DNA from: a virus
Lineage: Duplodnaviria > Caudoviricetes
Reading direction: 5' to 3' (one strand)
DNA length: 64,000 bases
IMG/VR virus record: IMGVR_UViG_3300033075_001196
Coordinates: 1-64,000 of that record
Numbering within the stretch: the stretch's first letter is position 1; the number at the start of each line of letters is the position of its first letter. The notes under the pieces were generated by a model, which saw only the letters and a list, made by a program, of their open reading frames with translations, did no database searches and was not told the origin of the DNA. Below, one piece after another: positions 39,213 through 50,744 of this stretch. Both the position numbers and the translations under genes were made by a program.

Positions 39213-40304
39213 TTATTTTTTATTAAAATTCGGAACAGTTGGCATCCAATCATTTTCATCAAAATTGGAATTAAGAATTTGGCCTGCTAATTTTTGGGTG
39301 ATCTTTTTACTGGTAGAACTAACTACCGTATTATATGTGTGACTAGCTAAATCAGTTAGCATATTAATTGCAGCCCAAGCATTAACCGGAGTCGGGCAAT
39401 TTCTTAATTGTCCAGCGGTAGCTTTTTCTAAATCAATTCCTTTTTGTTCATACTTAATTTTCCATTCCTTATCATCACCAATATGACGAATGATTTTATC
39501 AACATCATCTCTCCAGATATTCAATGCGTGAGCTTTGATTTTGTTAAACTCATATACACTAAGCGCTGTTTGCATTGCATTAAGCACTTTATGTTCATAA
39601 TGATCAATAATTTTTTTATTTGGACTCATCAAGTCCCGATATAATGTATTATACCAGGCACTTGGATCACTTTCCCCATTTAATATTACTGGATGATTTC
39701 CAGGAACAATTGCTGTCATACCATTACGACAAACTAATCGTTCAATCAAATCGACGGCCGAAACATCTCCGACCATATCCCATGTGACTTGTTTTCCATA
39801 TGAAATTGTTTCACCTGGCATCTTTAGTGGTATTGAAACATTCCATTTAAGATTAAATGATACTTTAGTTCCACTGTCAGTTATTAAGGTTTGAGTCAAT
39901 TCAACCTTTTCTGTTTTGGTTAAATCCCTTAATAACTGCTCAATTGTGTCAGCTGAAACCGTCACTCCTTGTGCATCTATATTGTATGCAATTCTTACTA
40001 CTGATTGTAACTCTTTATCAATTACTAAAGAAATTTTCTGATTATTTCCTTTAGAAGCAATTGCTTTAGTCAATTCTTTAATTAATAGGAATCCCGCATT
40101 AGGATTCAAAGTTTCATTTAAATGTACCAACATTGCATTGGTAATGCCTGAAATTTTTAATAAATCTTTAAATGCTGTGGGTGTAATTGGAATCGACTTT
40201 CCAGCTACTTCAATCATTTCCTTGTTTCTTGGAACTACATCCTTTAAATTGACGGTATATGTTGATGTGTTTTGCCTCGCGGCTGCCATATCGTCTGTAA
40301 ACAT
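39213..40304 (-). CDS. DUF932-like protein
   Basis: RLVCRNGM; NAWAAINMLTDLASH. Confidence 0.6.
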   Translation of the reverse strand: MFTDDMAAARQNTSTYTVNLKDVVPRNKEMIEVAGKSIPITPTAFKDLLKISGITNAMLVHLNETLNPNAGFLLIKELTKAIASKGNNQKISLVIDKELQSVVRIAYNIDAQGVTVSADTIEQLLRDLTKTEKVELTQTLITDSGTKVSFNLKWNVSIPLKMPGETISYGKQVTWDMVGDVSAVDLIERLVCRNGMTAIVPGNHPVILNGESDPSAWYNTLYRDLMSPNKKIIDHYEHKVLNAMQTALSVYEFNKIKAHALNIWRDDVDKIIRHIGDDKEWKIKYEQKGIDLEKATAGQLRNCPTPVNAWAAINMLTDLASHTYNTVVSSTSKKITQKLAGQILNSNFDENDWMPTVPNFNKK

Positions 40305-40427
40305 TTGGTTGTTTTTTTGATTAATAATTTTTAACTACGCCATAAAGATATGGTGAGATATTGAAATAACCAAGAATTATTTGATATTTTTTTTAGTATA
40401 ATATATAACTTATTGAGAATCAATATA

Positions 40428-40862
40428 TTATTTAATAAAACAGTCACATATCCTATGCCACATTTTTTTTGATCTATTATTATATATGTAGTCTCCACAG
40501 ATTTCTATAGAATTATTATCTAATTGGGATAAATTGGACTTAAAATCAATTCCAATTATATTATCAAATTGTACAATACTATATGTTCCAGAATTTAATA
40601 TTACATTATTATCCAAAATATAATATTTTCTATCATCATTTAACAATAAATCAATTGAAGTGGAATCAAATTCACCAGTCCTCCATTGACCCATTATTTT
40701 TTCTTCAATCTCTTTAGATGATGGGTGGAATCTTGTAATATATTCTGCCGAACATAATGATATATCATCAGGAACGGGAGTTAAAAATTCTAATTCATGC
40801 TTTATACATGATGTGATGTATAATAGTCCAATTATACTTGCGGCTAGTAGTAAATATTTCAT
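40428..40862 (-). CDS. Putative lipoprotein
   Basis: Hydrophobic N-terminus ending ITSC. Confidence 0.55.
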   Translation of the reverse strand: MKYLLLAASIIGLLYITSCIKHELEFLTPVPDDISLCSAEYITRFHPSSKEIEEKIMGQWRTGEFDSTSIDLLLNDDRKYYILDNNVILNSGTYSIVQFDNIIGIDFKSNLSQLDNNSIEICGDYIYNNRSKKMWHRICDCFIK

Positions 40863-40901
40863 TAAACATTCCTTCTTTATTAATAAATATAAAAAAGAAA
40901 C

Positions 40902-41369
40902 TCACTCTCTAAAATACCAGTGCCCATCTCCCTTGAGATATAACTTATGTTTAATTTGATTCATCCATTTTTTATCCTTCCCAATTGTTGGGTTATGGAA
41001 ATAAACCACATCTTCAGGTAGTATACTTCCATATTTCAATAGATATTTTGCAGCTCTTATACTTTCCCTGCCTTTGACACTATTAATAACTTTAAAGTGT
41101 TTAGAATTAATTCCTTTAAATTGATTTTTTTTAAATATTACTCCACTCAAAGTGTTTGGAAAGGCCGAATTCTTAATTCGATTTAATATTACAGAACCAA
41201 CTCTTAATTTTTCTTCGTAGGTTTGACCTATAGATTCACTGTTTATCACCTTGACAAACAGAGTTAAAGTTTTAATATACTTTATATCCCTATAGACATG
41301 AACTAATGGCCTAGAGGGTGTAAACGAGCCAGGGAGTATAATTAATAATAATAACAAATATATTTTCAT
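40902..41369 (-). CDS. SleB/Hydrolase_2 cell-wall hydrolase
   Basis: INSES...VGSVILNR...FPNT...QF...YFHNP...HWYF. Confidence 0.85.
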   Translation of the reverse strand: MKIYLLLLLIILPGSFTPSRPLVHVYRDIKYIKTLTLFVKVINSESIGQTYEEKLRVGSVILNRIKNSAFPNTLSGVIFKKNQFKGINSKHFKVINSVKGRESIRAAKYLLKYGSILPEDVVYFHNPTIGKDKKWMNQIKHKLYLKGDGHWYFRE

Positions 41370-41857
41370 AATAGTTTTCCAAGTCTAATTATCTTATGAA
41401 CAAGATCAGCCAGAGATCCATTGTTATCAATAATTATATCAGCCAATGATTTATCAATATTAAATGAATCTGTAGGTTCTAATGGAAGGTGTTCTGATCT
41501 ATCTACCCAGATTATTAAATCAAATATTTCTTGTTTAAGACATTCAAGAATTTCTTCTCGTTCTCTCATTCCAACATAACAATCGGCTTTTAATAATATT
41601 TGTTTAGCTAGCTTAGCTCGATCTGGTTGATTATAATTTTTTATTAATTCATACCATTCAGATCGATGATTCATTCTGTCAATATAGCATTCTTGAAAGG
41701 TTTTGTAACCATATTTTTCTTTCAATTCATCATATATGAATATTTCAGCTGCTTGTTCCGACGAAGATTTAAATTGATATCCGTACTGTTCTAATAAAAT
41801 TTCAGCTACAGTATCTTTACCATGTCTAGCATGGCCTATGATTAATAGTTTTTTCAA
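41366..41857 (-). CDS. Deoxynucleoside monophosphate kinase-like P-loop protein
   Basis: GHARHGKDT; DIIIDNNGS. Confidence 0.8.
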   Translation of the reverse strand: MKKLLIIGHARHGKDTVAEILLEQYGYQFKSSSEQAAEIFIYDELKEKYGYKTFQECYIDRMNHRSEWYELIKNYNQPDRAKLAKQILLKADCYVGMREREEILECLKQEIFDLIIWVDRSEHLPLEPTDSFNIDKSLADIIIDNNGSLADLVHKIIRLGKLL

Positions 41858-42062
41858 TCAGTGTGCGGTTTAATATAATGAATATTTGTGAATCCATTCT
41901 CTTTAGTTATTATGGAGTCTTCTTCTTTAATACTACCATCTATAGGTAGATTGCTTACACCAATTTTCCAATCAGCATTTCTTTCTGGATGTTCATTAAT
42001 AGGTTCAACAACCTTTTTTAATTTCCCATTCAGATCATAATGTAGAATTCTTCCTGTTTTAC

Positions 42063-42428
42063 TCATTTTAATCGTTTTTTAGATGCAGACATCCGCTTGT
42101 TATAGGCATTAATTTGTTCTGCTGATAAACATTTTAGACTAATCGTTTCTACTTCATCAATCGGCCTTTCTAAAATTATTTTATCACCAACAGCTAATAT
42201 TGGTCTCCAACCGAGTTTAGCCTTATCATTTAAATGACCAGACAAATTATCGCATTTTACTACTTCATATATGATCTTTCCAAATTTTCTTTCTAATGAT
42301 TTGGAACGAGCAATTTGTTGTCTTTCTTTATATTGTTGTTTATTAAATCCATTGTGGTGCCAACGAATATGGTTGGATTTTAATTGCCATTTTGCAAAAC
42401 TTAAATCACATTCTTCACATAAATACAT
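42063..42428 (-). CDS. C2H2 zinc-finger protein
   Basis: CEEC...NHIRWHH. Confidence 0.6.
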   Translation of the reverse strand: MYLCEECDLSFAKWQLKSNHIRWHHNGFNKQQYKERQQIARSKSLERKFGKIIYEVVKCDNLSGHLNDKAKLGWRPILAVGDKIILERPIDEVETISLKCLSAEQINAYNKRMSASKKRLK

Positions 42429-42504
42429 CTATGATCTTTATCATAAATATTTTTTATGTATCAATTTTATAATAGAAATGGTATTTTAAACCATTATTAT
42501 TTTC

Positions 42505-42954
42505 TGGTGGAGGTGTCGAGTTCTGCCGCTCGAGTCTTATAAAATTACATATACCATTTTATTTATAGGTTTAGTTGGTTATTCTAACAACATACCAACA
42601 AAAGAAAAGGGCCGTCTGGAACCTAAGTTCTAAACGCAGATCCACCACTGACCATTTGGTTCAGGCCGTCAGCGCCATCTCTAGTAATTTCACCCCCCCT
42701 GTATATACTAGTGTGGGTAGATGCTTTCGGTCAGCCGTAACTATTAAGGGAGCCACCTACAAATTTGCAACTTTCTGGTTCGAGGTTGTTGCCACCCAAC
42801 AGTTAAGCTGCTACTCTAAGAGCAACTGGAGCTTTTCTGAATGCAAATGTTCTTAACTTGCCTTTTATTGATCATAAATAATTTATTAAGCGGATATTTA
42901 CAGCCACTACCTAAATGATATACTTCACAGTATAATCGATTCTAATTCACCCCC
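42505..42954 (-). ncRNA. ssrA: tmRNA
   Basis: GGGGGTG/CACCTCC-ACCA with G3:U; AATCGA 5' motif; tag frame GKLRTFAFRKAPVALRVAA-stop. Confidence 0.92.
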
Positions 42955-43065
42955 CGATATCAAAGAACATATAATTAAAACAATCCATAGAAGTTTGATA
43001 TTTACAATACCATTACACTAACTATATAGCCGGAGAACTTTACTACGACTTACTTGTTTTAATTT

Positions 43066-43141
43066 TGGCGGCCCATCCCGGTTACGATCCGAGTCCCCTT
43101 ACGCAGACAACGTAGGCTTCTTCCGATTAAATTAATAGGCC
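43066..43141 (-). tRNA. tRNA-Asp(GTC)
   Basis: GGCCTAT/ATGGGCC-GCCA; loop TTGTCTG. Confidence 0.85.
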
Positions 43142-43147
43142 AATTAG

Positions 43148-43223
43148 AGGCGTAGGAGGGATTCGAACCCTCGTCGTTTAGGTTATGAGCCTAAGCTGGT
43201 TACCATCTCCAGTCCACCACGCT
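43148..43223 (-). tRNA. tRNA-Met(CAT), initiator-like
   Basis: Loop CTCATAA; canonical T arm; 1:72 mismatch. Confidence 0.85.
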
Positions 43224-43317
43224 ATTTAAATAAATGGGCCTGAATTTTTAGAAATTCTTATATGATATTTGCATCCAAATATCCAAATTTAAAATTCACC
43301 TAGCCCATTTTATATCT

Positions 43318-43489
43318 TTAATCACAAGTTGTAGATCTAGAAACTGTAGACCTGAACAGCTGTGATTCTTCATTAAATAATATTTTACTGAATCTTGTTC
43401 CATATCCTGCAAATGGATATTTTTTCAAATATTCAGTTTGAAGGGTTATCAGTCCTTCTTTTGTTTTATGCGTTAAGGTTTCGTATATC
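43318..43489 (-). CDS. Small hypothetical protein between tRNAs
   Basis: MIYETL...YPFAGYGT...STTCD. Confidence 0.55.
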
Positions 43490-43500
43490 ATATATTTTAT

Positions 43501-43575
43501 TGAGGTCAATATCGGGTACGATCCGATATCCCTAGATTACAAAGCTAGAATTTTATCCATTTAAACTAATCAACC
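43501..43575 (-). tRNA. tRNA-Thr(TGT)
   Basis: GGTTGAT/ATTGACC; loop TTTGTAA; T loop ATCGTAC. Confidence 0.85.
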
Positions 43576-44021
43576 ATCTAATTAACAACATAAAGATATG
43601 ATCTATTTTACAACTAAACAAATATTTCTTTAAATATTATTTATATATATGCACAAATTCTGATAAATCATTGAATTTCAATAAATTATTCATATCTTGA
43701 TATCATATCAACTGCCTGCTGTTCGAAAGGATGATGGCCTGTCATTATATTAAATTGCGGATCTTGAATAATTCTTTTTTCTGTTATTGGGGTGATTTTA
43801 AAATCAATAAGAAGTTTATCAATCATAAAATCAATATGCCTCAATACAGACCCGCCATCTCTGCGTTGAATTGATGCTACAATTGTTTCAAACGAAACTA
43901 ATTTATTTTTATAATGATGTATATAATTTCTAATAAACTCTAAATCCTGTTGTATAAACTCAGCCGGAGGCCTTGAGCATTTACTGTTAAGCCATGTTAG
44001 TACGTCATTTCTATTCATATA

Positions 44022-44822
44022 TTAACCTCTTGGTGAATGATTTCTATATAATAATTCTGCTTTATCTGATTGTATAAGTTCTCCAGTTTCTAATATGTAT
44101 CCAGTTAATTTTCCTTTCCATCCAGCTCCTGTATCTACATTAACTATATTACATACTTGCAAATTTGGAAACATTTTAATGTAATCTTTTTGCGTTGCTG
44201 TATGGCCAATGAATACTTTATCAAATCCTCCAAATTTCATCTTTTCATCAATTACATTATATCCCTTATTCAACAAATATTGTAAATGAGTTGCTCTTTC
44301 AAACAACCTTCTATCCCAAATTAAACTTTCTGGATCCAATAAATGGGCAGTTTGTAGTTCTGGATACAGAGCAACATCCCAACCTCCATGAACAAATGCA
44401 ATATTATTTTCAATATAATACCACTTCAAACTATTGAAAAACTCTATATGAGCTTCATAATCTGGTTTTGGATCTATAGTAGAAACATATGATTTAAATG
44501 TATTTGCTCCACCTTGATCCCACATATGATCATATCTTCTACGAATGTATGATATGTCACCTTCCACGATTTCTTTAAGATGTGAATTTAATGCGGATCG
44601 TATCCATTGATCATGATTTCCAAATATATAAATGTTTTTTCCACCGCTTAACTTTTGATATTCTATTAAATCATTAATGACCTTTACAGAATCAGGATAT
44701 CCATCTACATAATCACCCATACAAATTAAACGATCATTTTTTGGATCATAATTAGATCTAGCTACTACTTGTTGTAATGCTTTGTGATTACCATGAATAT
44801 CCCCAATTACTATAGTTCTCAT
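44022..44822 (-). CDS. Calcineurin-like Ser/Thr protein phosphatase
   Basis: GDIHG, GDYVD, GNHD, VHGG, GHT, DTG. Confidence 0.92.
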   Translation of the reverse strand: MRTIVIGDIHGNHKALQQVVARSNYDPKNDRLICMGDYVDGYPDSVKVINDLIEYQKLSGGKNIYIFGNHDQWIRSALNSHLKEIVEGDISYIRRRYDHMWDQGGANTFKSYVSTIDPKPDYEAHIEFFNSLKWYYIENNIAFVHGGWDVALYPELQTAHLLDPESLIWDRRLFERATHLQYLLNKGYNVIDEKMKFGGFDKVFIGHTATQKDYIKMFPNLQVCNIVNVDTGAGWKGKLTGYILETGELIQSDKAELLYRNHSPRG

Positions 44823-45394
44823 TACTTGATAACTTTATCAACAATATTTAATTTTAATGCTTCCTTTGCTGTAATGAACCAATCAAATTTTCGTTTCTTA
44901 ATATCTTGCATTTTCTTTTTAGATATTTTAGTTCTAGTCAAAGTAATATTTTCTAATTCCTTTTGCAATCGTGTTGTTTCTTTGAGATCCTCTTTAAGTG
45001 TTTGGACTTGACCATAATGTACATTTGATACAGAATGGTATAATATAGTTGACAATTTATGGGCAAATCTTTTATGTCCTGAAATTAATAACATGAATCC
45101 ACAAGACATTGCACATCCAGTAACAATTGTATGTACTGGGGTTTTACTAGAATCTATAATGGATATTAATCCAAAAATTTGATATACATATCCACCGTAC
45201 GAATCAATGTAGATTTCTATTGGGCTTGGTACATAATTTAAATTATGTGCTTTATATATTTTCTTTAAGTGAGAATCATGTTCATTGATATCTAATATTT
45301 CTCTAGTTAATTGTGATATTGATTCTTGATCAACCTGTTTGGTGAACAATAACTTTCTAGGCAAAGGTACTGGAATTTGTTTTTCTAATGACAT
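44822..45394 (-). CDS. clpP: ClpP-like protease
   Basis: IYIDSYGG, GCAMSCG (catalytic Ser), LYH, DWFITAKEAL. Confidence 0.85.
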   Translation of the reverse strand: MSLEKQIPVPLPRKLLFTKQVDQESISQLTREILDINEHDSHLKKIYKAHNLNYVPSPIEIYIDSYGGYVYQIFGLISIIDSSKTPVHTIVTGCAMSCGFMLLISGHKRFAHKLSTILYHSVSNVHYGQVQTLKEDLKETTRLQKELENITLTRTKISKKKMQDIKKRKFDWFITAKEALKLNIVDKVIK

Positions 45395-46051
45395 TTATAT
45401 AAATTTAATCTTTTAATAAAATTGGACCATTTTTATTTGGCGCTGAGGGTGAAAAATATCTTCTGAATGTTTCAAATGATATTGTAACTTCAACTTCATT
45501 GATTGAATCCTTAGTGTATGACCAAGTTGAATTTAATGGTTTAGATAATGCCATATTACTAGCACCTTCTGGAGTTGTATAAATTATTAATGAGCTCATT
45601 ATTTTTTTACTTTAGATGTTTCAATTGAATGTATTTCTGCCCGTATGGAATTTATGGCTGTTGCTGTTAATTCTAATTCAGATTCTAGAACACCATGCCT
45701 ATATAGAGCCCTTCCCAATTTTTCATATAAAGCATCGATTGGGTCGTTAGAAATGTGTCCTTGTATTTCGTCTTTCATTTTATTCCAATTTGATTTGTTA
45801 AATCAATAATTTTTTGTATATTTATTTCACTATTAAATAATTCTTTTCTAATCTCCAACATCTTCTCAGTTCTATCTGATGGAATTTTTATACCATTTCG
45901 TTGACCCTTTTTAATTAGCTCTTCAATATGTTCAAATCTCAATCCAACACCTGGTGCGGTTTTTGATTGAAACCATAATGAATCAGCCAATCCTGTATAC
46001 ATTGATTTATCAATGATTGGATCATCCATCTTAATTAAGAATTCATATACT

Positions 46052-46600
46052 TCAATTAGATTCATTATAATATCCTTTACATTTTCTGTCTATTGTTTCT
46101 GCTTTTTCGAATACATCATCATACATCAAAAAATAATGATTGTAACAACACAACTCCAAATTTTCTCTGTTGTGATTTTTAAAATCCCCATCCTTCCAAA
46201 TCAATACCAATGGTACTGATCCGTCAGTTACTCTCCTTTCATTAAAGCCACAGTACTCACATTCCTCTAGCATCAACCCCTCCTTAAGTACTTTTCCTTT
46301 TAATTGGGCTGCGGGGAATTCTGGATGTTTACCAGACAAAACATCAACCATTGACACTTTATCAATTAACTTCCCCCTGGCTAAGGTTTTTGTGCCTTTA
46401 TGCCCTTGATTCGAATGTAATTCATATAGCGTTTTGCCAGTAGCACTGTCAACATGCATTTTAGCATACTTAGTATAAGTATTATAATCACACCCAACAA
46501 ACATTGCAGCAGATCGATTTGAATGGGTATGAGCCATTGCAAATCTTATATCTGATTCGGTTAGATTTAGAGCCTTTCTTAATATGTTATACTTAGCCAT
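46052..46600 (-). CDS. HTH plus degenerate HNH-type protein
   Basis: CEYCG...DGDFKNH.RENLELCCYN. Confidence 0.6.
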   Translation of the reverse strand: MAKYNILRKALNLTESDIRFAMAHTHSNRSAAMFVGCDYNTYTKYAKMHVDSATGKTLYELHSNQGHKGTKTLARGKLIDKVSMVDVLSGKHPEFPAAQLKGKVLKEGLMLEECEYCGFNERRVTDGSVPLVLIWKDGDFKNHNRENLELCCYNHYFLMYDDVFEKAETIDRKCKGYYNESN

Positions 46601-46943
46601 ATGAATTTAATCTTCCAAATGTTGCGCTAATTAATTTTTCAAATAAGCTGATGAACCATACTATACATGATCCATAAAATCCATCTAACATATATGAAAT
46701 ATCAATTGATTTAAAATGTGCATAATACCCAAATAAATTATATGATGGTGAAAACCAATAATGTGACAATATAAAACCAACCCAAGTACTAGTACAAATT
46801 GTACATGTAAATAATATGCCAAATGGCTGTGTTATCAAATACTTCAATAAAAATGTTCTGAATGGTTTAAATAACATTGAATCCACTATTATTTGAGTGA
46901 TTCCGTATACTGTTATTATCCAGAAAACTATTAGGTTATTCAT
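46593..46943 (-). CDS. DUF1360-like membrane protein
   Basis: LFKPFR...CTICTSTWVG. Confidence 0.6.
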   Translation of the reverse strand: MNNLIVFWIITVYGITQIIVDSMLFKPFRTFLLKYLITQPFGILFTCTICTSTWVGFILSHYWFSPSYNLFGYYAHFKSIDISYMLDGFYGSCIVWFISLFEKLISATFGRLNSYG

Positions 46944-47439
46944 TTAAATATATCTTCTGTTTTTTTAATAATTGTTACATCCAATTTATGTTCTATTAAT
47001 TTATCTAAAACTTTAAAGGAATTCTCCTTATCCCCAGTAAATATTTTAAACTTCTTGTTCATTCTTATAAGTTCCTCAGCTACTATAGTAGATTGGGTTT
47101 TAGTAAATCCTAATAATTTAATTGAACTTAAAATTAAAGACAATTCTTCAACTAACCAAATTTTTGGCCCTAAATTATTAATATATATTAAAAACCTAGA
47201 ATTCTTACAGTCATTACAATCATCATTTATTTTGGAATCTATGTAACCCATAAATTGCGTCTAAAATTTCTCTATTATTCAATATTGATTCTGTTTTAGA
47301 ATATATAACCGCTTTAATCGGTTGGAAGTTCTTCTTATTCATTATGCCTACTGTAATCAGATAGTTATCTGAATCATAATGACAAGTTCGAATTGAAATC
47401 ATATTATTCCTTTTAAAATAATTATAATTTCAACACCAA

Positions 47440-47751
47440 TTAAATCTGATTTTCTTCTGGATTATCGCTTGGAAGAGGTGTATTTGTTCTAGGCTGAGAT
47501 GTGGTTGCGCCTCTTCTACTATTAGCAAATGATGGTAAGGCGTCTACAAACTTTTCTGATCCGATAAATCCCATAGACCAAATAACAGCTTCAATCAATC
47601 CATTAAATACAAATTCGGCTATCGTTTTATTAAAAAATACATGCCCGATAATAACAACTATCAATAATAATACTAGTAAAAAAACTATAATTCGTTTTGT
47701 AGATATCTTTCCAGATGCCTCTGTTATTGCTTGTTTCATCAATTCCCTCAT
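47440..47751 (-). CDS. Two-TM holin-like membrane protein
   Basis: ISTKR-TM-TM-SEKF. Confidence 0.45.
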   Translation of the reverse strand: MRELMKQAITEASGKISTKRIIVFLLVLLLIVVIIGHVFFNKTIAEFVFNGLIEAVIWSMGFIGSEKFVDALPSFANSRRGATTSQPRTNTPLPSDNPEENQI

Positions 47752-48261
47752 TCTCTAATAATATGTTTAGTTAAGCAAGAAACTGTAATATACTGTCCAT
47801 TTGTATATGTCTTATATTGCACTAATTCTTCATTAATGCTTTCAATCGGGCCACCAGTATTTTTATAAATACTATTTGGATCCATGTTTATAATATATTC
47901 TCCAACGTTTAAGGATTCATTTTTATCCGGATCAATTTCTATATCATCACCAGATTTGGATTTAGATTTATCTTCTCCTTTATCTTTAGATGGTTCCGCA
48001 GGAGGTGCCTCTTCAGGATTCAATTCCTGATTTAGCTGTTCCTTTGTAAATGTTATTCCATCAATTTTTATAGATTCAATTGCTGGGTAGTTGAAATATT
48101 GTGCCTTGCCATCAACATTATATCCAACACCCTTTCTAGGATTTTCAATATCAGACGCATCTGCAATTGTTAAAAATTCCTTATTAACAAATACTTCCAG
48201 GCCCTGATTTGATTCAAGGTATTGTTTTAAATATTCATTATCAAAATAATATGTTATCATA

Positions 48262-48852
48262 TTAATCTATTTTTTTAACAATACCAACATATCCTAATAT
48301 AACTGTATCATCATCCGTCAACGATGGCTCAGCTTCACTTGAATATTTAACTTTTTCACCATTAAGAACTACTTCATATGTATCTCTATATGGTGTATTA
48401 TGATCTACTGAAAATTTCCAATTTAAAAATGCAGTTTGTTTATCTACAATTGGGGCTAACCATCCATGTACTAACATTTCTGATTGACTAAGACCAAACA
48501 TTTTGGACAGTGTTTTATTTGCATATGTACATTTACCTTCCACATCACAAATGAAAATTCCTAGTCCTATGGCGTTCTCAATTATATTTAGTCTCATTTC
48601 ATCCACTAGAATATCCATTCCCTTTTGCTTGATAATTTCCTTTAACACACGACCAGCTTCTTTACCGAAATGTTTTTCAATATCTTTAATAACATGTACA
48701 CCCGAGTTGTTCAAATATATTTGTCCTAAAAAGAATGGGGCTGTTTTTGGCCATATCCATTTAAAAAATGTATATAATCCTCCTATAACTGCCACAACAT
48801 ATGCTATAATAGTGACAACATCCTTTAAAACTTGTAATTGCGCTGGTTCCAA
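48262..48852 (-). CDS. Membrane-anchored PAS-domain protein
   Basis: N-terminal TM; IFICDVEGKCTYAN...GW. Confidence 0.75.
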   Translation of the reverse strand: MEPAQLQVLKDVVTIIAYVVAVIGGLYTFFKWIWPKTAPFFLGQIYLNNSGVHVIKDIEKHFGKEAGRVLKEIIKQKGMDILVDEMRLNIIENAIGLGIFICDVEGKCTYANKTLSKMFGLSQSEMLVHGWLAPIVDKQTAFLNWKFSVDHNTPYRDTYEVVLNGEKVKYSSEAEPSLTDDDTVILGYVGIVKKID

Positions 48853-49313
48853 ACCTTACCCTTTTTAATTTATAAATAAATATAAACTATCAGTAAGTAA
48901 CAAGAGTATATTTGGAAATTTCAGTCAGAAACTTTTCTATTGTCCAACTTTTATTAGAAGAATCTTTAATGATTATTGTTTCTAATAATTTTTTTTTATC
49001 ATTTTTAACTAAGCGATTCAAAACATTCCAAGCATATCCTGCATGAAATGATTTTGATGACACTTCCCCTAAAATATTATGATCGGTAACAGTATCTCCG
49101 GATTGTCCTGGAGTAATTAAATAAAATGTCATTCAGTTGCTTTTATAAATTCTCCACAATCAGTGCATATAAATCCATTGGCACAAGAACCAGTTCTGAA
49201 TTCATAATATCCAATAAAAAATTCTTTATGTTGGCACGATTTTCTAATTTCTTCTAACCTTGCTTTTGAATCTGCTATTATTTTATATAGAGATTCACAT
49301 TCTTCTTTTATAC

Positions 49314-50744
49314 TCATCTTCTTAATCTTGATTGATATTCTTCATTATCAACATGAATTAGTGTATTAGTCATCTCTTCATTATTAGAAATTTGTACAAA
49401 TAATGATCCCAATTTAAATGTTCCTTCTGTAGATTTCTTATTCAATAAAGTATCTTGTACAATTTTAGGAAGTAATTGCAAATATTGATATTCATCATTT
49501 CCAAAATGGTTACCATCTATTGCAACTGTCACTGATGGAACCAATCCTTGATAATTAAATTTCATTCCTAAATCAAAATCAGTATACTTTGATTCCTTAT
49601 CACAATATTCTTTCAGTAATTTAGGATCTAAATCACATCTAATTAAATCAGCCCATGGTTCAATTAATTCTATTAATGATTTGGTACAATTTATTATATT
49701 ATATCTTGTATAATATTTAGGAGTAATAATTGGATCCATTAATGGTGTATGCTCAACGAAGCTGCCCCATTTTCTTATAAAGTTTCTTGCTGATCTAATA
49801 TTATGTGCCTCCCATTCTAAACTATTAGTTCCAGGTGTAGTTAATGTTGGATTGAATCTTGAACCTCGGCAGGTGATATGATATACACAACCAACCCACG
49901 TTTGTACAAATTTACATCCATTTAATTTGAAACGGTTAAATATATCCGAATCCTCTTTCGACTGTGGGCGATATAAAGGATCATGTCCACCAATTTTTTT
50001 AAAATCTTCAACAAAGAAAGCCCACGGTGCAAAAATACCATTTGTATATGGTGGGCTATATTTTGGTTTATATCCATCTCTATACCAGTTTAAAAATTCT
50101 TTCTCATTAAATTGATCAGGTTCCGTTCCCCAATCTGCTAGATACTTTTCTGGTCCATCTGGATGTAGTGGAGGTTCTATTCTTGTTAATGATACTATTG
50201 TTTTATAATTTGCAGTAACGGGTAATATCCATCCACTCCAACATAAATCAGTTGTACCATCTTCATTTGTTGTAATGTATGAACCAGAATGCTGTTGTAT
50301 TCTAATTTTAGTATTATTGATATTATCATTTATAAAGGTTTCAGTTATTTTATCCACTTTATATTTATAACTCTCTTCATAATTAATAGGATCTTCAACA
50401 CGCATAGATGTATACATCAACTTTTCAATCTCATCTAAAGCCCCAGGACATAAATACATATCTGCATGATATATAATTGCTATATCGGTATGCACTAACT
50501 CATTAATTATACGATCATACAAAATAGTATGCCCAACTCTATTGGGGCCTGGATTAGTTATGTATGAAAACTTTGGATCGATTTGAGCCAACCAATGAAA
50601 ATGTTCTGTTGCACCATCTGTACTAGCATCATCTGCTGCACATATAAATACTTCATGATCACCTTGATTTTTTCTGATTGAATTATATGCCCATTTAAAA
50701 TAGACTAAATTATTCCGACACGGAATTACGAAACTAAGCTTCAT
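49314..50744 (-). CDS. GT2 glycosyltransferase
   Basis: FVIP, DDASTDG, HAD, EDSD. Confidence 0.88.
   Translation of the reverse strand: MKLSFVIPCRNNLVYFKWAYNSIRKNQGDHEVFICAADDASTDGATEHFHWLAQIDPKFSYITNPGPNRVGHTILYDRIINELVHTDIAIIYHADMYLCPGALDEIEKLMYTSMRVEDPINYEESYKYKVDKITETFINDNINNTKIRIQQHSGSYITTNEDGTTDLCWSGWILPVTANYKTIVSLTRIEPPLHPDGPEKYLADWGTEPDQFNEKEFLNWYRDGYKPKYSPPYTNGIFAPWAFFVEDFKKIGGHDPLYRPQSKEDSDIFNRFKLNGCKFVQTWVGCVYHITCRGSRFNPTLTTPGTNSLEWEAHNIRSARNFIRKWGSFVEHTPLMDPIITPKYYTRYNIINCTKSLIELIEPWADLIRCDLDPKLLKEYCDKESKYTDFDLGMKFNYQGLVPSVTVAIDGNHFGNDEYQYLQLLPKIVQDTLLNKKSTEGTFKLGSLFVQISNNEEMTNTLIHVDNEEYQSRLRR

Noticed and set aside
42575-42856. 93-aa plus-strand ORF
   Set aside because: Antisense to tmRNA
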